Assembly: GCA_041483895.1 (NCBI GenBank)
Contig: JBGPGO010000008.1
Coordinates: 96,001 to 160,000, forward strand
Direction of reading: 5' to 3'
Length of the DNA stretch: 64,000 bases
Origin: Fimbriimonadia bacterium
GTDB taxonomy: Bacteria; Armatimonadota; Fimbriimonadia; Fimbriimonadales; JABRVX01
Shown: one piece after another, positions 47,853 through 58,063 of the stretch
How the letters are laid out: each line of letters begins with the position of its first letter
Numbering within the stretch: the first letter of the stretch is position 1
Position numbers and translations under genes: made by a program
The notes under the pieces: generated by a model
Told to the model about the DNA's origin: nothing
The model's database searches: none
What the model saw: the letters and a program-made list of their open reading frames with translations, nothing else

Positions 47853-47881
47853 ATTCTATCACGAAAATCACGTTTTCGCAA
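47853..47881 (-). promoter_or_regulatory. Sigma70-type promoter of the PEP-CTERM array with overlapping inverted repeat
   Basis: TTGCGA-17-TAGAAT; CGAAAA-N5-TTTTCG at 47862-47878. Confidence 0.6.
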
Positions 47882-47898
47882 GGAAATGGAAGAGAGCG

Positions 47899-48954
47899 CT
47901 ACAGTAGCGGCATCAGCCCCTGTTCGTGATCCAGCAGCCACTTCTTCCGCCATAGGCCGCCGCCGTAGCCGCACAAGGACCCGTCCGATCGGATCACGCG
48001 ATGGCAGGGGATGATGATGGCCATGCGATTATCGCCGTTCGCCGCCCCCACCGCTCGCTGCGCGTCCGGCCGGCCCAGCTTCTCCGCCATCTGACCATAC
48101 GACCATGTCTCTCCATACGGAATCCGCATCAACAGCTCCCAGACCTGCTTCTGAAACGGAGTGCCTCGGAGAACGAGCGGAAGGGTGAATTCGCGCAGTT
48201 CGCGCGCGAAATACGCGGTCAAATCCCGCTTGATCGTTTGCAGATGAATATTGTCGCCGGGCATGATGGGAGCGCCGAGGCGTTGGCGCAGTTCGATCAA
48301 CTCGGTCTCCAGGGCGCGCCGATCCATAAATTCCAGCAGGCAAAGTCCCTCTTCGCTTGCCACCGCGAGCATCGGGCCAAGGGGCGTCTCCAACCATTTG
48401 CCGTACAAGCAGTCTTTCTCCCGAAACTTACCGGGCGGCTCGCCCATCAGCCGTACAAAAGCGTCTCGAAAACCGCTCGTCGATTCAAACCCCGCATCCA
48501 ATCCTGCTTCGCACATATTTTCACCCTTTCGAATCGCCGCGAACGCCATCCCCATTCGTCGCGCGCGGTGATAGGCGTGGAACGTCATGCCATACCGCCG
48601 CTTGAAGTACCGCCGGGCGCGGGCCGGCTCGATGTTCATCGCCGCCAAGTCGGAATCGCCAATCGGCAGATTGGGGTTTTGCTCCACTTTGTCAAACAGG
48701 TCCAAAACCCATTTTGGGGCCGGCTCCGCGGCATCCATCGGGTGGCATCGTTTGCACGGCCGAAATCCGGCATGCAGCGCCTCCGCGGGAGTGCGGAAGT
48801 ATTCGACATTTTCCGCTTTGGGCAGCTTTGCGGTGCATGTGGGCCGGCAAAAGATTCCGGTGGTGCGAACGCCGACCCAGAAAATGCCGTCAAAACCGGC
48901 GTCCTTTTCCGCCAGGGCCCGATACATGTCCGAAATCGGTGGCAATGCGTTCAT
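47899..48954 (-). CDS. ada: Bifunctional Ada regulator / O6-methylguanine methyltransferase
   Basis: GIFCRPTC, FRPCKRC, AraC-type HTH, IPCHRV. Confidence 0.95.
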   Translation of the reverse strand: MNALPPISDMYRALAEKDAGFDGIFWVGVRTTGIFCRPTCTAKLPKAENVEYFRTPAEALHAGFRPCKRCHPMDAAEPAPKWVLDLFDKVEQNPNLPIGDSDLAAMNIEPARARRYFKRRYGMTFHAYHRARRMGMAFAAIRKGENMCEAGLDAGFESTSGFRDAFVRLMGEPPGKFREKDCLYGKWLETPLGPMLAVASEEGLCLLEFMDRRALETELIELRQRLGAPIMPGDNIHLQTIKRDLTAYFARELREFTLPLVLRGTPFQKQVWELLMRIPYGETWSYGQMAEKLGRPDAQRAVGAANGDNRMAIIIPCHRVIRSDGSLCGYGGGLWRKKWLLDHEQGLMPLL

Positions 48955-49030
48955 ATCCTTATCGTACTGCCTTTGCGTCGGGCATCGCCACCGATTTTCG
49001 GACAGGGAATTTGCCGCCAGGATAGCTGCG

Positions 49031-49495
49031 TTACTCTTTGAAAAACTCCTGAGCGGCGGCATCCATCTCTGCTTGAGTCGGCTCCGCAATGCAGGTCGAC
49101 ATCGACCACTTATGCCCGAACGGATCTTTCAGCGAGCCGTACCGGTCGCCCCAGAAGCACTCCTGCAACGGGAACGTCACTTCCATCCCTGCCGCGGTCG
49201 CCTGCTGCCACAACGCATCAACGTCTTTCGTGTAAATATGAACGGTCACGGCCGAGCCGCCGATCTTGTTTGGCCCGACCGAGCCGTATTCCGGGAACTC
49301 GTCGTTCAGCATCATCATCGAATTGCCGATGCGAAGTTGGGAGTTCATCACCTTGCCGTCTGGGGTCTTGGAGATGTTCACAACCTCGGCGCCGAACGCC
49401 TTTTTGTACAGCTCGATCGCCTTCTCCGCGCCATCTACAACCATGTACGGGGTCAACGTGTTGAACCCGTCGGGGATAGGTTTCACATTACTCAT
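49031..49495 (-). CDS. VOC/glyoxalase (PhnB-like) protein
   Basis: AIELYKKAFGA, FWGDRYGSLKDPFGHKW. Confidence 0.92.
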   Translation of the reverse strand: MSNVKPIPDGFNTLTPYMVVDGAEKAIELYKKAFGAEVVNISKTPDGKVMNSQLRIGNSMMMLNDEFPEYGSVGPNKIGGSAVTVHIYTKDVDALWQQATAAGMEVTFPLQECFWGDRYGSLKDPFGHKWSMSTCIAEPTQAEMDAAAQEFFKE

Positions 49496-49513
49496 GAGCG
49501 CAAGTGTACCGAA

Positions 49514-52048
49514 TCATCGATCCCCTTCCAACCCAAAATTGACCATCACGATGTTTATGTCGCGGAGGTCCGCGAGCCCTGACCCATCGAGGTCCGCGTC
49601 GGCCGTTCCAAATCGAGTGAACGTGAAGGAGAGGTCCGCGATGTGAACCACGTCGTTTTCTACCGCGTCACCGTTGGGGCCGGAGATCCAGTCTAATCGC
49701 ATGACTCCATTCAGGGTCTGGTCGGTTGTCTTGGTTGTCAGCCAGTGGTTCGATTTGAGGAACAGATCATAAGTGCTCGGCTCGGTTAAGGAAACCACGT
49801 AATTGCCCAACGGGCTCAATGCGCCTACGACGATTTCAGTTGTGGAGCCTTGCGAGTCGCCCCGTAATGAGAATGGGATTGCCTGCGGATTGCCATTGAA
49901 AGACTGAAGCTCGATGGCGCCGAAGAGCCGGGGTCCCCGGACAAACCCACCCACATAGAGACCGCCGGAATCGCCCGCAAAATACACGTTGCCCTGTGGC
50001 GAAACCGAGAGAGCCATAAGGTCGCCGCCGGAACCCGTGAAACCGTCATTCGTGCGGTACCAGAGCTGTCCGCCGTCCGGCTTCCAGGCCTGAGCGTAGA
50101 ACAGGTACGGGTTGCCTGACAAAAGCCCGAGATCATAGAGGTTGCCGTCCGCGTCTACACCCGAACTCACCAACGATCGACCTGCAAAACCCTTCTGCAC
50201 CTGCCAAACGATGTTTCCATTCTCATCAATCTTCATGACCTGTAGGAATTGGAGCCAGTAATCCAAATTAGACAGATAAATATTTCCCTTGCCATCGAGA
50301 TTCATGAGCGGAGTACCCGCCAAGTAGATTCCGTTCTTTTGCCAAATCGGTTCGCCGCCAGGACCGTACTTGATCACAAACAGTTCCGTTCTTCCGTCCG
50401 GCAACATGGAGGTCGTTGCGGTGACGGCGTTTCCCGCTGGGTCGAGGCCCAATCCGAATACAGTGGCTTGCCCCCACCGTCCACTATCGGAGCGCTGCCA
50501 ATCCAGCGCCCCATCCGGACCTAGTCGCAAGAGGATCGGAAGAGTTGAACTTCCGTCACCGGACTTGTACCAGTATTTGTCCCCGGCAACGTAGCACCTG
50601 CCTTGATCGTCCACCGTGGCAGCCGTGGCATAGTACTGCCAATCCGGGTCCGGACCGTATTCAAAAGACCACAGCAGTTCTCCCGCAGGCGAATATTTGA
50701 GAACAAAAATCGCCTGCTTTCCATACGTGGCGCGGCCTTCAAGAACAACATAGACTGCGCCTTCCCCGTCAACCGCAAGCCGGCGGGCATAGTCCAGAAA
50801 GGTATCCGTACCGGTCGTGTACGCTCGTTGCCAGACAAGATTTCCATTGGGGCCATATTTTTGGACAAATACGTTTCGATCTTTGGATGACCCTATCCGC
50901 GTGGACCCCGCCAGAATTAGATTTCCAGCTTTGTCGGCCACGATCCCGATCGGCACGGACTCCGAATCCAAGCTTCCGTATCCGGAGCGAGTCCATCTTG
51001 GTCGAAGCTGCGAGTCCAGCAGGCTGACCTGAATCTGCCCGGAGACCAGACCTGCCACCGCCAGGTCGCCATTTGCCAAGGTTTGTATGGTGGTGGCCGC
51101 CCCAGCCGGCTGAGCAAAGATAGGGATTTCGGGGATGACCTCGATGCGTATCGGAACAGCTTCCTCCACCATGTTCCAGCTATTCGTGGCTCGCACGGAC
51201 AATTGGTGGATTCCGTACGAAACACGGAGGTCTGACACATTGATTCTGCCCTGATTGCAAGGGGAGATAGTGCGGATCGCAACGCCGTCAAGAAGCACTT
51301 TGCACGAAGTCAATGGACCCGGGACCGCATCGGACACGTCAATTGTGACTCCGAGCGGCCGGATCAATGGGCTGCCTTCTGTGGGGAATACAATTGCAAC
51401 CTTTGGTCTCGATGTACCGAGCACCGCATCGTCAATTACGAGGCGAGAGGAAATCTGTTGCATTCTCAGGGGCAGGCATTGTCTGACCTCAACTTCCGAT
51501 CGCTCTTGAACAAAGACCGTCACGCGATTCGTCGACGATACCGTCGCAGCAAGATTCCGGAAAGCCCATGCGTCTTGCATCGAGGACCAGTCACCCCAAA
51601 TGACGTAATTGCTCTTTGGATCGCTGCCTCCCGTGGGGTCGATTCCAATCCGGCTCCGAACATCTGATCGGAGGAGGGTAACATCTGACTGTACATAACC
51701 GCGGACCCAAATCCCAAATATGATTTCGCCATTTACGACGGCTGGCAAGTCCACCGTCTGAAATAGGACATTGGAGATATACAGGTGGCTGTCGAGGCAT
51801 TGGCCAATCTTTGGAGTGCGAGGCTGGAAGCTGCCACGGACAACAAATTCGTAGCTACCGGAGTGACTCCCGTAGGAATTGGCAACTTCCGAAACGACGG
51901 TTGGGCTTCCTTCTGCGAGTGAATCGTACTCTAGCGTATTCTGCCAAGGAGGAAGACTTCGGGTCTCAAACCCAGAATTCTGAATCGGAAGTCCCTGCGG
52001 CCATGCGGTCGCCGACAGCGCAAATAGGATAAACCATGACTCGCGCAT
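49514..52048 (-). CDS. Secreted multidomain protein: CBM-like, Ig, SBBP beta-propeller, dockerin-like module
   Basis: IQNSGFE; repeats AVDGEGAVYV / KYSPAGELLW; NGDAVENDVV...DLDGSGLADLRDINIVMVNFGLEGD. Confidence 0.8.
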   Translation of the reverse strand: MRESWFILFALSATAWPQGLPIQNSGFETRSLPPWQNTLEYDSLAEGSPTVVSEVANSYGSHSGSYEFVVRGSFQPRTPKIGQCLDSHLYISNVLFQTVDLPAVVNGEIIFGIWVRGYVQSDVTLLRSDVRSRIGIDPTGGSDPKSNYVIWGDWSSMQDAWAFRNLAATVSSTNRVTVFVQERSEVEVRQCLPLRMQQISSRLVIDDAVLGTSRPKVAIVFPTEGSPLIRPLGVTIDVSDAVPGPLTSCKVLLDGVAIRTISPCNQGRINVSDLRVSYGIHQLSVRATNSWNMVEEAVPIRIEVIPEIPIFAQPAGAATTIQTLANGDLAVAGLVSGQIQVSLLDSQLRPRWTRSGYGSLDSESVPIGIVADKAGNLILAGSTRIGSSKDRNVFVQKYGPNGNLVWQRAYTTGTDTFLDYARRLAVDGEGAVYVVLEGRATYGKQAIFVLKYSPAGELLWSFEYGPDPDWQYYATAATVDDQGRCYVAGDKYWYKSGDGSSTLPILLRLGPDGALDWQRSDSGRWGQATVFGLGLDPAGNAVTATTSMLPDGRTELFVIKYGPGGEPIWQKNGIYLAGTPLMNLDGKGNIYLSNLDYWLQFLQVMKIDENGNIVWQVQKGFAGRSLVSSGVDADGNLYDLGLLSGNPYLFYAQAWKPDGGQLWYRTNDGFTGSGGDLMALSVSPQGNVYFAGDSGGLYVGGFVRGPRLFGAIELQSFNGNPQAIPFSLRGDSQGSTTEIVVGALSPLGNYVVSLTEPSTYDLFLKSNHWLTTKTTDQTLNGVMRLDWISGPNGDAVENDVVHIADLSFTFTRFGTADADLDGSGLADLRDINIVMVNFGLEGDR

Positions 52049-52167
52049 ATTGTGCCTCCCAATCGAGCGACTTATTCAGATTGTTATAATAACACAGTTT
52101 TACGGGGTCCGGGTGTTTGTACGCGGGGTATCGCTGGAAATATGCGCAATGAGCCAAAATACGCGCA

Positions 52168-54360
52168 ATGGTCGCCATCTACACCGCCACGATCTTTCTG
52201 AGCGCGCTGCTCCTGTTCCTCGTTCAGCCGATGTTTGCCAAGATGATGCTCCCGCTCTTGGGGGGATCGCCCAGCGTCTGGAACACGGCGCTGGTCTTTT
52301 ATCAGGCAGCGCTCCTGGCCGGATATGCCTATGCGCACTTTGCCACGCGATGGGCCGGGATACGGCGGCAGGCGATGATTCATATCCCGCTGTTGGCGGT
52401 GCCGCTCATCGTCCTGCCGATTCATCTGTCCAGCACGCATCCTCCTGTCGAGACGACGCCGATACCGTGGCTGCTCCTCACCATGCTGGTCTCAGTCGGG
52501 TTGCCGTTCTTCCTGCTTTCGGCAAGCAGCCCGCTGATCCAGCGATGGTTTGCCGATACCGAGCACAAGCGATCGCACGACCCCTACTTTCTGTATGTGG
52601 CGAGCAACTTCGGCAGCTTCTTAGCCCTGATCAGCTATCCGACAGTGATGGAGAGCAAGTTGGGACTGCTGCTCCAAAGCCACGTCTGGTCGTGGGCCTA
52701 TGGCGGCTATGCGATTATGATGGCGATTTGCGCGGTGCAGGTCATTCGGTCGCGCCCCAGCGAACACCCCGCCGTGGTGGAGGAAAGCGACGAACCACGG
52801 ATGCAACCACCATCGCTTCGTCGCCGCCTCCGGTGGGTGGCGTTGGCGTTCATCCCGTCCAGTTTGATGATCGGCACGACCACCTATCTGACGACCGACA
52901 TCGCGTCGATCCCGCTGCTGTGGGTGATTCCGCTCGCGATCTATCTGCTTTCGTTCATGTACACGTTTTCCGCCCGGCCGCCAATTCCGCATAAGTGGAT
53001 GGTCTATCTTCTCCCCGCTTTGGTGCTGCCGACGATGATCATCTTTATCATCCCGGTCACCAATCCGGCGATCCCTATCGGCCTGCTTTGCCTGGGGACT
53101 TTGTTCGTGGCCGCGATGGTGTTTCATGGTGAGCTGGCGCTCGATCGGCCTTCGGCGGATCACCTTACGGAGTTTTTCCTGTTCATTTCGCTCGGCGGCG
53201 TCTTGGGCGGCCTGTTTGCGGCAATCCTCGCTCCGCTGCTGTTCGTTCTCGTGATCGAATATCCGCTCACGATGGTCATGGCGGGTTTCCTGTTGCCTCG
53301 TTGGAGGAGGAGTTCGCCATCGACAATCGGCCGCGTGCTCGATATCGCGTGGCCGATCGCCGTGGCTCTCTTGACGATCGGAACGATTGCGTACTCGCGA
53401 GAGCCGAGAGAGTTCAGCAGCGTGCTAACCAAGAATCTCATCACATTCTGCCTGCCCGCGGCGCTCTGCTTCGTTGCGGCAATGAGACCGATTCGTTTTG
53501 GATTGTGCCTAGTGGCATTGCTGATTGTGGGGGTGATCAACCAGGATCCACTAGAACATGTCATCTACCAAGATCGATCGTTCTTTGGCGTGCTGCGAGT
53601 GTTGGAAGACAAAACCCATGCCATGCGGCGGCTGCGGCACGGAACCACGACGCACGGCGTGCAGCTATTGGCGGAAGGAAACCGTGATCTGCCAACCTCG
53701 TATTATTTTTCCACCGGTCCCATTGGGCAGGTGATTGTCGACCGCGGGCTGCCGGAGGACGCCAGTGTGGCTGTGGTCGGTTTGGGGGTAGGTTCGCTGA
53801 TCAGCTACGCGAAGTCGGGGCAGCAATGGACATTCTATGAAATCGATCCGGCTGTGGTAAAGGTTGCGGAGAATAAGAACCTGTTTACCTTTCTCTCCGA
53901 CTCGCTTGTGAAACCAAAGATCGTGTTGGGCGACGGCAGGCTCTCCCTCAGCCGGACCGATGATCAGTACGATCTGCTGATCGTCGACGCCTACAGTTCC
54001 GATGCGATTCCGATTCACATGATGACGCGCGAAGCGTTGCGGATTTATTTTGATCGTCTGAAACCGGGAGGCGTTCTGGCGCTCCACCTATCCAACCGAA
54101 ACATTTTTTTGGAGCCGATTACCGGAGCGCTGGCCGATGACGCTCATGTCGCTTGCCTGGTGGAATCCGACGAGCCGACGTTGGTAGAGTCGCTTCTTGC
54201 CAAAACCTCTTCGACCTGGGCGATCTTGGCGAGGGATCAGGCGGATTTTGGCAAGTTGGGCGAAGATTCCCGATGGAAACCGGCCCGCATTCTTGAGGGA
54301 ACGCCCGTATGGACGGACGACTACTCCAACGTATTCAGCGCGCTGAACATACATTGGTAG
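52168..54360 (+). CDS. Fused membrane / spermidine-synthase-like methyltransferase
   Basis: LFLVQPMFAK..GGSPSVW; HGTTTHG; VGLGVGS; YEIDP; GDGR; DAYSSDAIP; WTDDYSN. Confidence 0.92.
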   Translation: MVAIYTATIFLSALLLFLVQPMFAKMMLPLLGGSPSVWNTALVFYQAALLAGYAYAHFATRWAGIRRQAMIHIPLLAVPLIVLPIHLSSTHPPVETTPIPWLLLTMLVSVGLPFFLLSASSPLIQRWFADTEHKRSHDPYFLYVASNFGSFLALISYPTVMESKLGLLLQSHVWSWAYGGYAIMMAICAVQVIRSRPSEHPAVVEESDEPRMQPPSLRRRLRWVALAFIPSSLMIGTTTYLTTDIASIPLLWVIPLAIYLLSFMYTFSARPPIPHKWMVYLLPALVLPTMIIFIIPVTNPAIPIGLLCLGTLFVAAMVFHGELALDRPSADHLTEFFLFISLGGVLGGLFAAILAPLLFVLVIEYPLTMVMAGFLLPRWRRSSPSTIGRVLDIAWPIAVALLTIGTIAYSREPREFSSVLTKNLITFCLPAALCFVAAMRPIRFGLCLVALLIVGVINQDPLEHVIYQDRSFFGVLRVLEDKTHAMRRLRHGTTTHGVQLLAEGNRDLPTSYYFSTGPIGQVIVDRGLPEDASVAVVGLGVGSLISYAKSGQQWTFYEIDPAVVKVAENKNLFTFLSDSLVKPKIVLGDGRLSLSRTDDQYDLLIVDAYSSDAIPIHMMTREALRIYFDRLKPGGVLALHLSNRNIFLEPITGALADDAHVACLVESDEPTLVESLLAKTSSTWAILARDQADFGKLGEDSRWKPARILEGTPVWTDDYSNVFSALNIHW

Positions 54361-54449
54361 ACAGGCTCTGCTTTCTCCTTGCGCACACGAATTGCTGGTA
54401 GATTGAGACAGCCTCGTTAGATACGTAGGCGAGGTATAATCTACTTGGA

Positions 54450-54626
54450 ATGGCAAGGGCTCTGGAAACAAATAAATATCTGAGGACCAAACGCTCCGTC
54501 GTGCTGACCGCTGCTCGCGCCGTGCGCGATTCCTCTGCGGTGGAAGGCATTCGTGTTCTTAGTCTGCAGGACCTGATTGCAATCGGCGAACAGCGACTTC
54601 GAGCCAAGACGCGAAAAGGGAAATAA
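54450..54626 (+). CDS. Putative Fic antitoxin (58 aa, not in ORF track)
   Basis: MARALETNKYLRTKRSVVLTAARAVRDSSAVEGIRVLSLQDLIAIGEQRLRAKTRKGK; SSAVEG fits (S/T)xxxE(G/N); TATAAT at 54435-54440. Confidence 0.75.
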   Translation: MARALETNKYLRTKRSVVLTAARAVRDSSAVEGIRVLSLQDLIAIGEQRLRAKTRKGK

Positions 54627-55211
54627 GAGGCTTCAGATTTCCGTTATATGCAAGGCGCAGAGCTTCAAAATAGTCCGACTTCCTTTGAAGAGAACCCCTT
54701 CCATCCATTTGATATGCGGGCGGCCGGTAGCCTGCTTGGACGGCCATGAGGTCAGCCAACCACCTTGCAGTCCGACCATTCCCCTCCCGAAACGGGTGAA
54801 TCAATAGCAGCTCACTATGGACTGCCGGAAGAGATTCCGAGATATCTTGGACAGACTTCGGGCGACAAGGTGTATGGATGAGGAGTCTATCGGCTTCAAA
54901 ACCGAGCATCTCGGATTCTATGTATTGCGCTCGGCAGAAGAGCACGCCGGGCTTGCTGACGTCCACCTGTCTGTATCACCCGCAAAATCGTAAATACCGC
55001 CAAGCCATTTCTTGTGCATGTCTTTAATACTGTCAGACGTGAACCGCGAGTTCTCTTCCACGCTCAGCAGCGAATCAACGTAAGCGGCCATGAACGCTTT
55101 TGTCTCCGCCCTCTCGATTTCACGCACCAGCTTTATTCCCAGCTTGTTCCGGAGCACCCGACCGCGCGAGCCGGGTTCAAATTCGTTTTCAAATCCGTCG
55201 TACTTGGACAC
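54559..55211 (-). pseudogene. Fic-domain AMP-transferase split by a 1-nt frameshift
   Basis: N-part [22 protein letters not shown] joins another frame YRQVDVSK..HPFREGNGRTAR at about 54976. Confidence 0.85.
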
Positions 55212-55258
55212 GTAGCGAGAGTACCACGCCTGCACCCGCGTGCCATAATCTTATCTAT

Positions 55259-56440
55259 ATGACGCCACTGTCTGCGGAGAGAACGAAGACCCGCCCCGTC
55301 CCCGTCGGCGCAATCACCATCGGAGGCGGCCACCCTATCGTAGTCCAGTCCATGGTTACGGAAGACACCCTCGCCATCGATGCCTGCATCCGCCAGATCA
55401 TCGAGTTGCATGAAGCGAAGTGTGAGATCGTGCGCGTCACGGCCCCAAACATGGCATCCGCTCAGGCTTTGGGTGAGATCCGGGCGCAGCTGCAATCCCA
55501 AGGAAGAGAGATTCCCTTGGTCGCCGATGTACACCACCAGGGTATGGCGATTGCCGTCGAGGTCACGAAACATGTCGACAAGGTCCGCATCAATCCGGGC
55601 CTTTTCGTGTTCCGCAAGCCGGTGCAGCGAGACATCGAGTATTCGCCCGAGGAGATCGCCACGGAAAAGGCCGCGATCGAAGAGGCGTTCCTGCCTGTTA
55701 TCGAAGCGTGCAAGGCGAATGGGACCTCCATGCGAATTGGCGTAAACCACGGCAGCCTGTCGGAACGTCTGACCGTAACCTACGGCGACACCCCGGACGG
55801 CATGGTGGAGTCGGCCCTCGAATACATCGAACTGTGCGAAAAGCACGGTTTCCAAGACCTGGTCGTGAGCCTAAAGGCCAGCCGCGTGCCGATCATGCTG
55901 GCCGCCAATCGCCTGTATATCCGCCGGATGTCGGAGCGCGGCGGCGACATCTATCCCCTGCACTTGGGGGTCACCGAAGCGGGAGACGGCCAGTACGCCC
56001 GCGTCAAGAGCGCCATCGGCATTGGGACCCTCCTTGCCGAAGGGATCGGCGACACGATCCGCGTATCGCTTGCGGAGGATCCGGTTGAGGAGATCCCCGT
56101 TTGCTACGATATCCTACAATCCCTTGGACTTCGCCGGACAAAGACCGAATTCATCGCCTGTCCGTCATGTGGGCGAACCAAGTTCAACCTGCCCACCGTG
56201 CTCGCCGAGGTGAAAGAGGCCACCGGTCACCTGAAAGGGCTCGATATCGCAGTCATGGGCTGCATCGTCAACGGTCCGGGGGAGATGGCCGACGCGGACT
56301 ACGGCTACGTGGGCAAATCCGGCGGCAAGATCGCCCTCTATCGCAAGCGAGACATTGTACGAGAGAACATTCCGCAGGAGGACGGGGTCAAGGAGCTGAT
56401 CTCGCTCATTCAGGCGGACGGCCGGTGGGCAGAACCTTAG
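55259..56440 (+). CDS. ispG: (E)-4-hydroxy-3-methylbut-2-enyl-diphosphate synthase
   Basis: [50 protein letters not shown]. Confidence 0.97.
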   Translation: MTPLSAERTKTRPVPVGAITIGGGHPIVVQSMVTEDTLAIDACIRQIIELHEAKCEIVRVTAPNMASAQALGEIRAQLQSQGREIPLVADVHHQGMAIAVEVTKHVDKVRINPGLFVFRKPVQRDIEYSPEEIATEKAAIEEAFLPVIEACKANGTSMRIGVNHGSLSERLTVTYGDTPDGMVESALEYIELCEKHGFQDLVVSLKASRVPIMLAANRLYIRRMSERGGDIYPLHLGVTEAGDGQYARVKSAIGIGTLLAEGIGDTIRVSLAEDPVEEIPVCYDILQSLGLRRTKTEFIACPSCGRTKFNLPTVLAEVKEATGHLKGLDIAVMGCIVNGPGEMADADYGYVGKSGGKIALYRKRDIVRENIPQEDGVKELISLIQADGRWAEP

Positions 56441-56535
56441 AAACCTCTAAGGTTTCCGAGGCGGAGTTAATTGCCGCCCGCATCCTTGCCAACAATAGAC
56501 GGTAGGAATCTTCCTGCAAGGAGAGAGCGGCCACT

Positions 56536-57096
56536 ATGCACGGATATCAACGGCTGGGAGATATGTTGGTCTCCCGGGGTGTATTGACTGAATCCCAGCT
56601 CACCGAAGCCCTCCAACGGCAATCTGAGACCCGCCTGCGCCTTGGGGAGGTGCTGGTCGAGTATGGCTTCACCACGGATGAGGCGATTGCTGAGTGCCTG
56701 GCATCCCAATATTTCTTCCCGTTGGTCGATCCGGATCTGATTGAGCCATCCCCGGATGCCCTAGCGTTTATCGATGCCGAGTATGCCGTGACGCGGGAGA
56801 TACTGCCGTACGGCTGTTCGGATACCATGCTCCATTGCATGATCGCCGACCCTCTGGACGTGATGAGAAATGACGAGCTCGAGACAAGGGCCAAGCGTCA
56901 TTTGAACCTGGCCATCGCCCCGCTCGGCGCGCTTCGGAGGGCGATCCGAGCGGCGTATCGTCTGCCGGAGCCGATTAAACCGCCTGTCCCGACACCCATC
57001 GTTCAGAAGAAAGGACGCCGGAAGTTGGAATCCCAAGCGGATCGAGAGGCCCTGCTTACAATGCTCATGGCCGAACATGAGGATGCGACGGCATGA
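56536..57096 (+). CDS. Stand-alone MshEN/GspE-N domain protein
   Basis: RLGDMLVSRGVLTESQLTEALQRQ and RLGEVLVEYGFTTDEAIAECLASQ; no ATPase domain. Confidence 0.85.
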   Translation: MHGYQRLGDMLVSRGVLTESQLTEALQRQSETRLRLGEVLVEYGFTTDEAIAECLASQYFFPLVDPDLIEPSPDALAFIDAEYAVTREILPYGCSDTMLHCMIADPLDVMRNDELETRAKRHLNLAIAPLGALRRAIRAAYRLPEPIKPPVPTPIVQKKGRRKLESQADREALLTMLMAEHEDATA

Positions 57097-57896
57097 AGAC
57101 CTTTGCGGTCACGAGCGGGAAAGGCGGGGTAGGGAAGACCAATTTTGCGGCTAACCTGGGTATCGCTCTTACCCAGCAGAATCGGCGCACCATCGTTTTT
57201 GACGCGGACCTTGGCCTTGCGAACCTGGACATCATCTTGGGGATCAAGCCGGAATTTACTTTGCAGCACGTATTGGCGGGCCAGCACCGGGTCGCGGACG
57301 TTCTCTGCCAAGGGCCCGGCGGCATTCAGATCGTGGCGGGCGGGTCGGCCATCGCTTCGCTCATGAGAGTCGGGCCGAAGCGCATGGAAGTGTTCTTCAC
57401 TCAGGTCGCGGAGCTTCGATTTGTCACAGATATCCTGCTGTTTGATACCGGCGCCGGGATCGACAGCAAGGTGATGGGATTTGTAAAGGCCGCGGATGAG
57501 GTGATATTGATTACAACTCCGGACCCGGCCAGCGTTACTGACGCCTACGCGACCATCAAGACCATATTCAAGAACCGAGATGACGCTCGCATCAACGTGG
57601 TGGCCAACCAGGTCTCCGACGGCGCGCAGGCTCGTACGGTATACGACATGCTGGCCCGCGTCGCTCAAGAATTCCTGGGCAAGCCGCTCATCTACTGCGG
57701 ATTTGTACGCATGGATGCCGCGGTCCGGGACGCAGTGCGGGCCCGGAAACCGTTTCTGCTGGCCGATCCCAATTCGCCGGCGTCGGAGGACATCCGCATG
57801 CTTGCGGCTCGTTTCGGCGCATCCGCAGAGGGCGGGGCAGATGACTTGGGAGAGCGGCTACAATCCGCTTTCAATGTAATGGAGGACGTTGCGTAA
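57093..57896 (+). CDS. FlhG/FleN-like MinD/ParA ATPase
   Basis: SGKGGVGKT, DADLGLAN, DTGAGI, TPDPASVTDAYATIK. Confidence 0.9.
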   Translation: MKTFAVTSGKGGVGKTNFAANLGIALTQQNRRTIVFDADLGLANLDIILGIKPEFTLQHVLAGQHRVADVLCQGPGGIQIVAGGSAIASLMRVGPKRMEVFFTQVAELRFVTDILLFDTGAGIDSKVMGFVKAADEVILITTPDPASVTDAYATIKTIFKNRDDARINVVANQVSDGAQARTVYDMLARVAQEFLGKPLIYCGFVRMDAAVRDAVRARKPFLLADPNSPASEDIRMLAARFGASAEGGADDLGERLQSAFNVMEDVA

Positions 57897-57966
57897 ACAT
57901 TAGTCGGTAAGAACTGTTTTCGGCAACTGGCCCCCACCCATATCTTATGGTTGCGCCAATAATTGT

Positions 57967-57982
57967 TTTTGAGTACTCAAAA
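57967..57982. promoter_or_regulatory. Perfect 16-bp palindrome, candidate operator
   Basis: TTTTGAGTACTCAAAA in an AT-rich region upstream of the 58064 operon. Confidence 0.5.
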
Positions 57983-58063
57983 TCTCAAGTTTTCTATGTT
58001 GATTTTCGGCGAAGTTTTGATCTACCATTGGTTCATACACTGTTTTGATTGAGAGGATGGGAA

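Noticed and set aside
55230..55246. Sigma54 promoter for fic (TGGCACGCGGGTGCA, minus strand)
   Set aside because: GG-GC spacing is one base short; an extended -10 explains the start better
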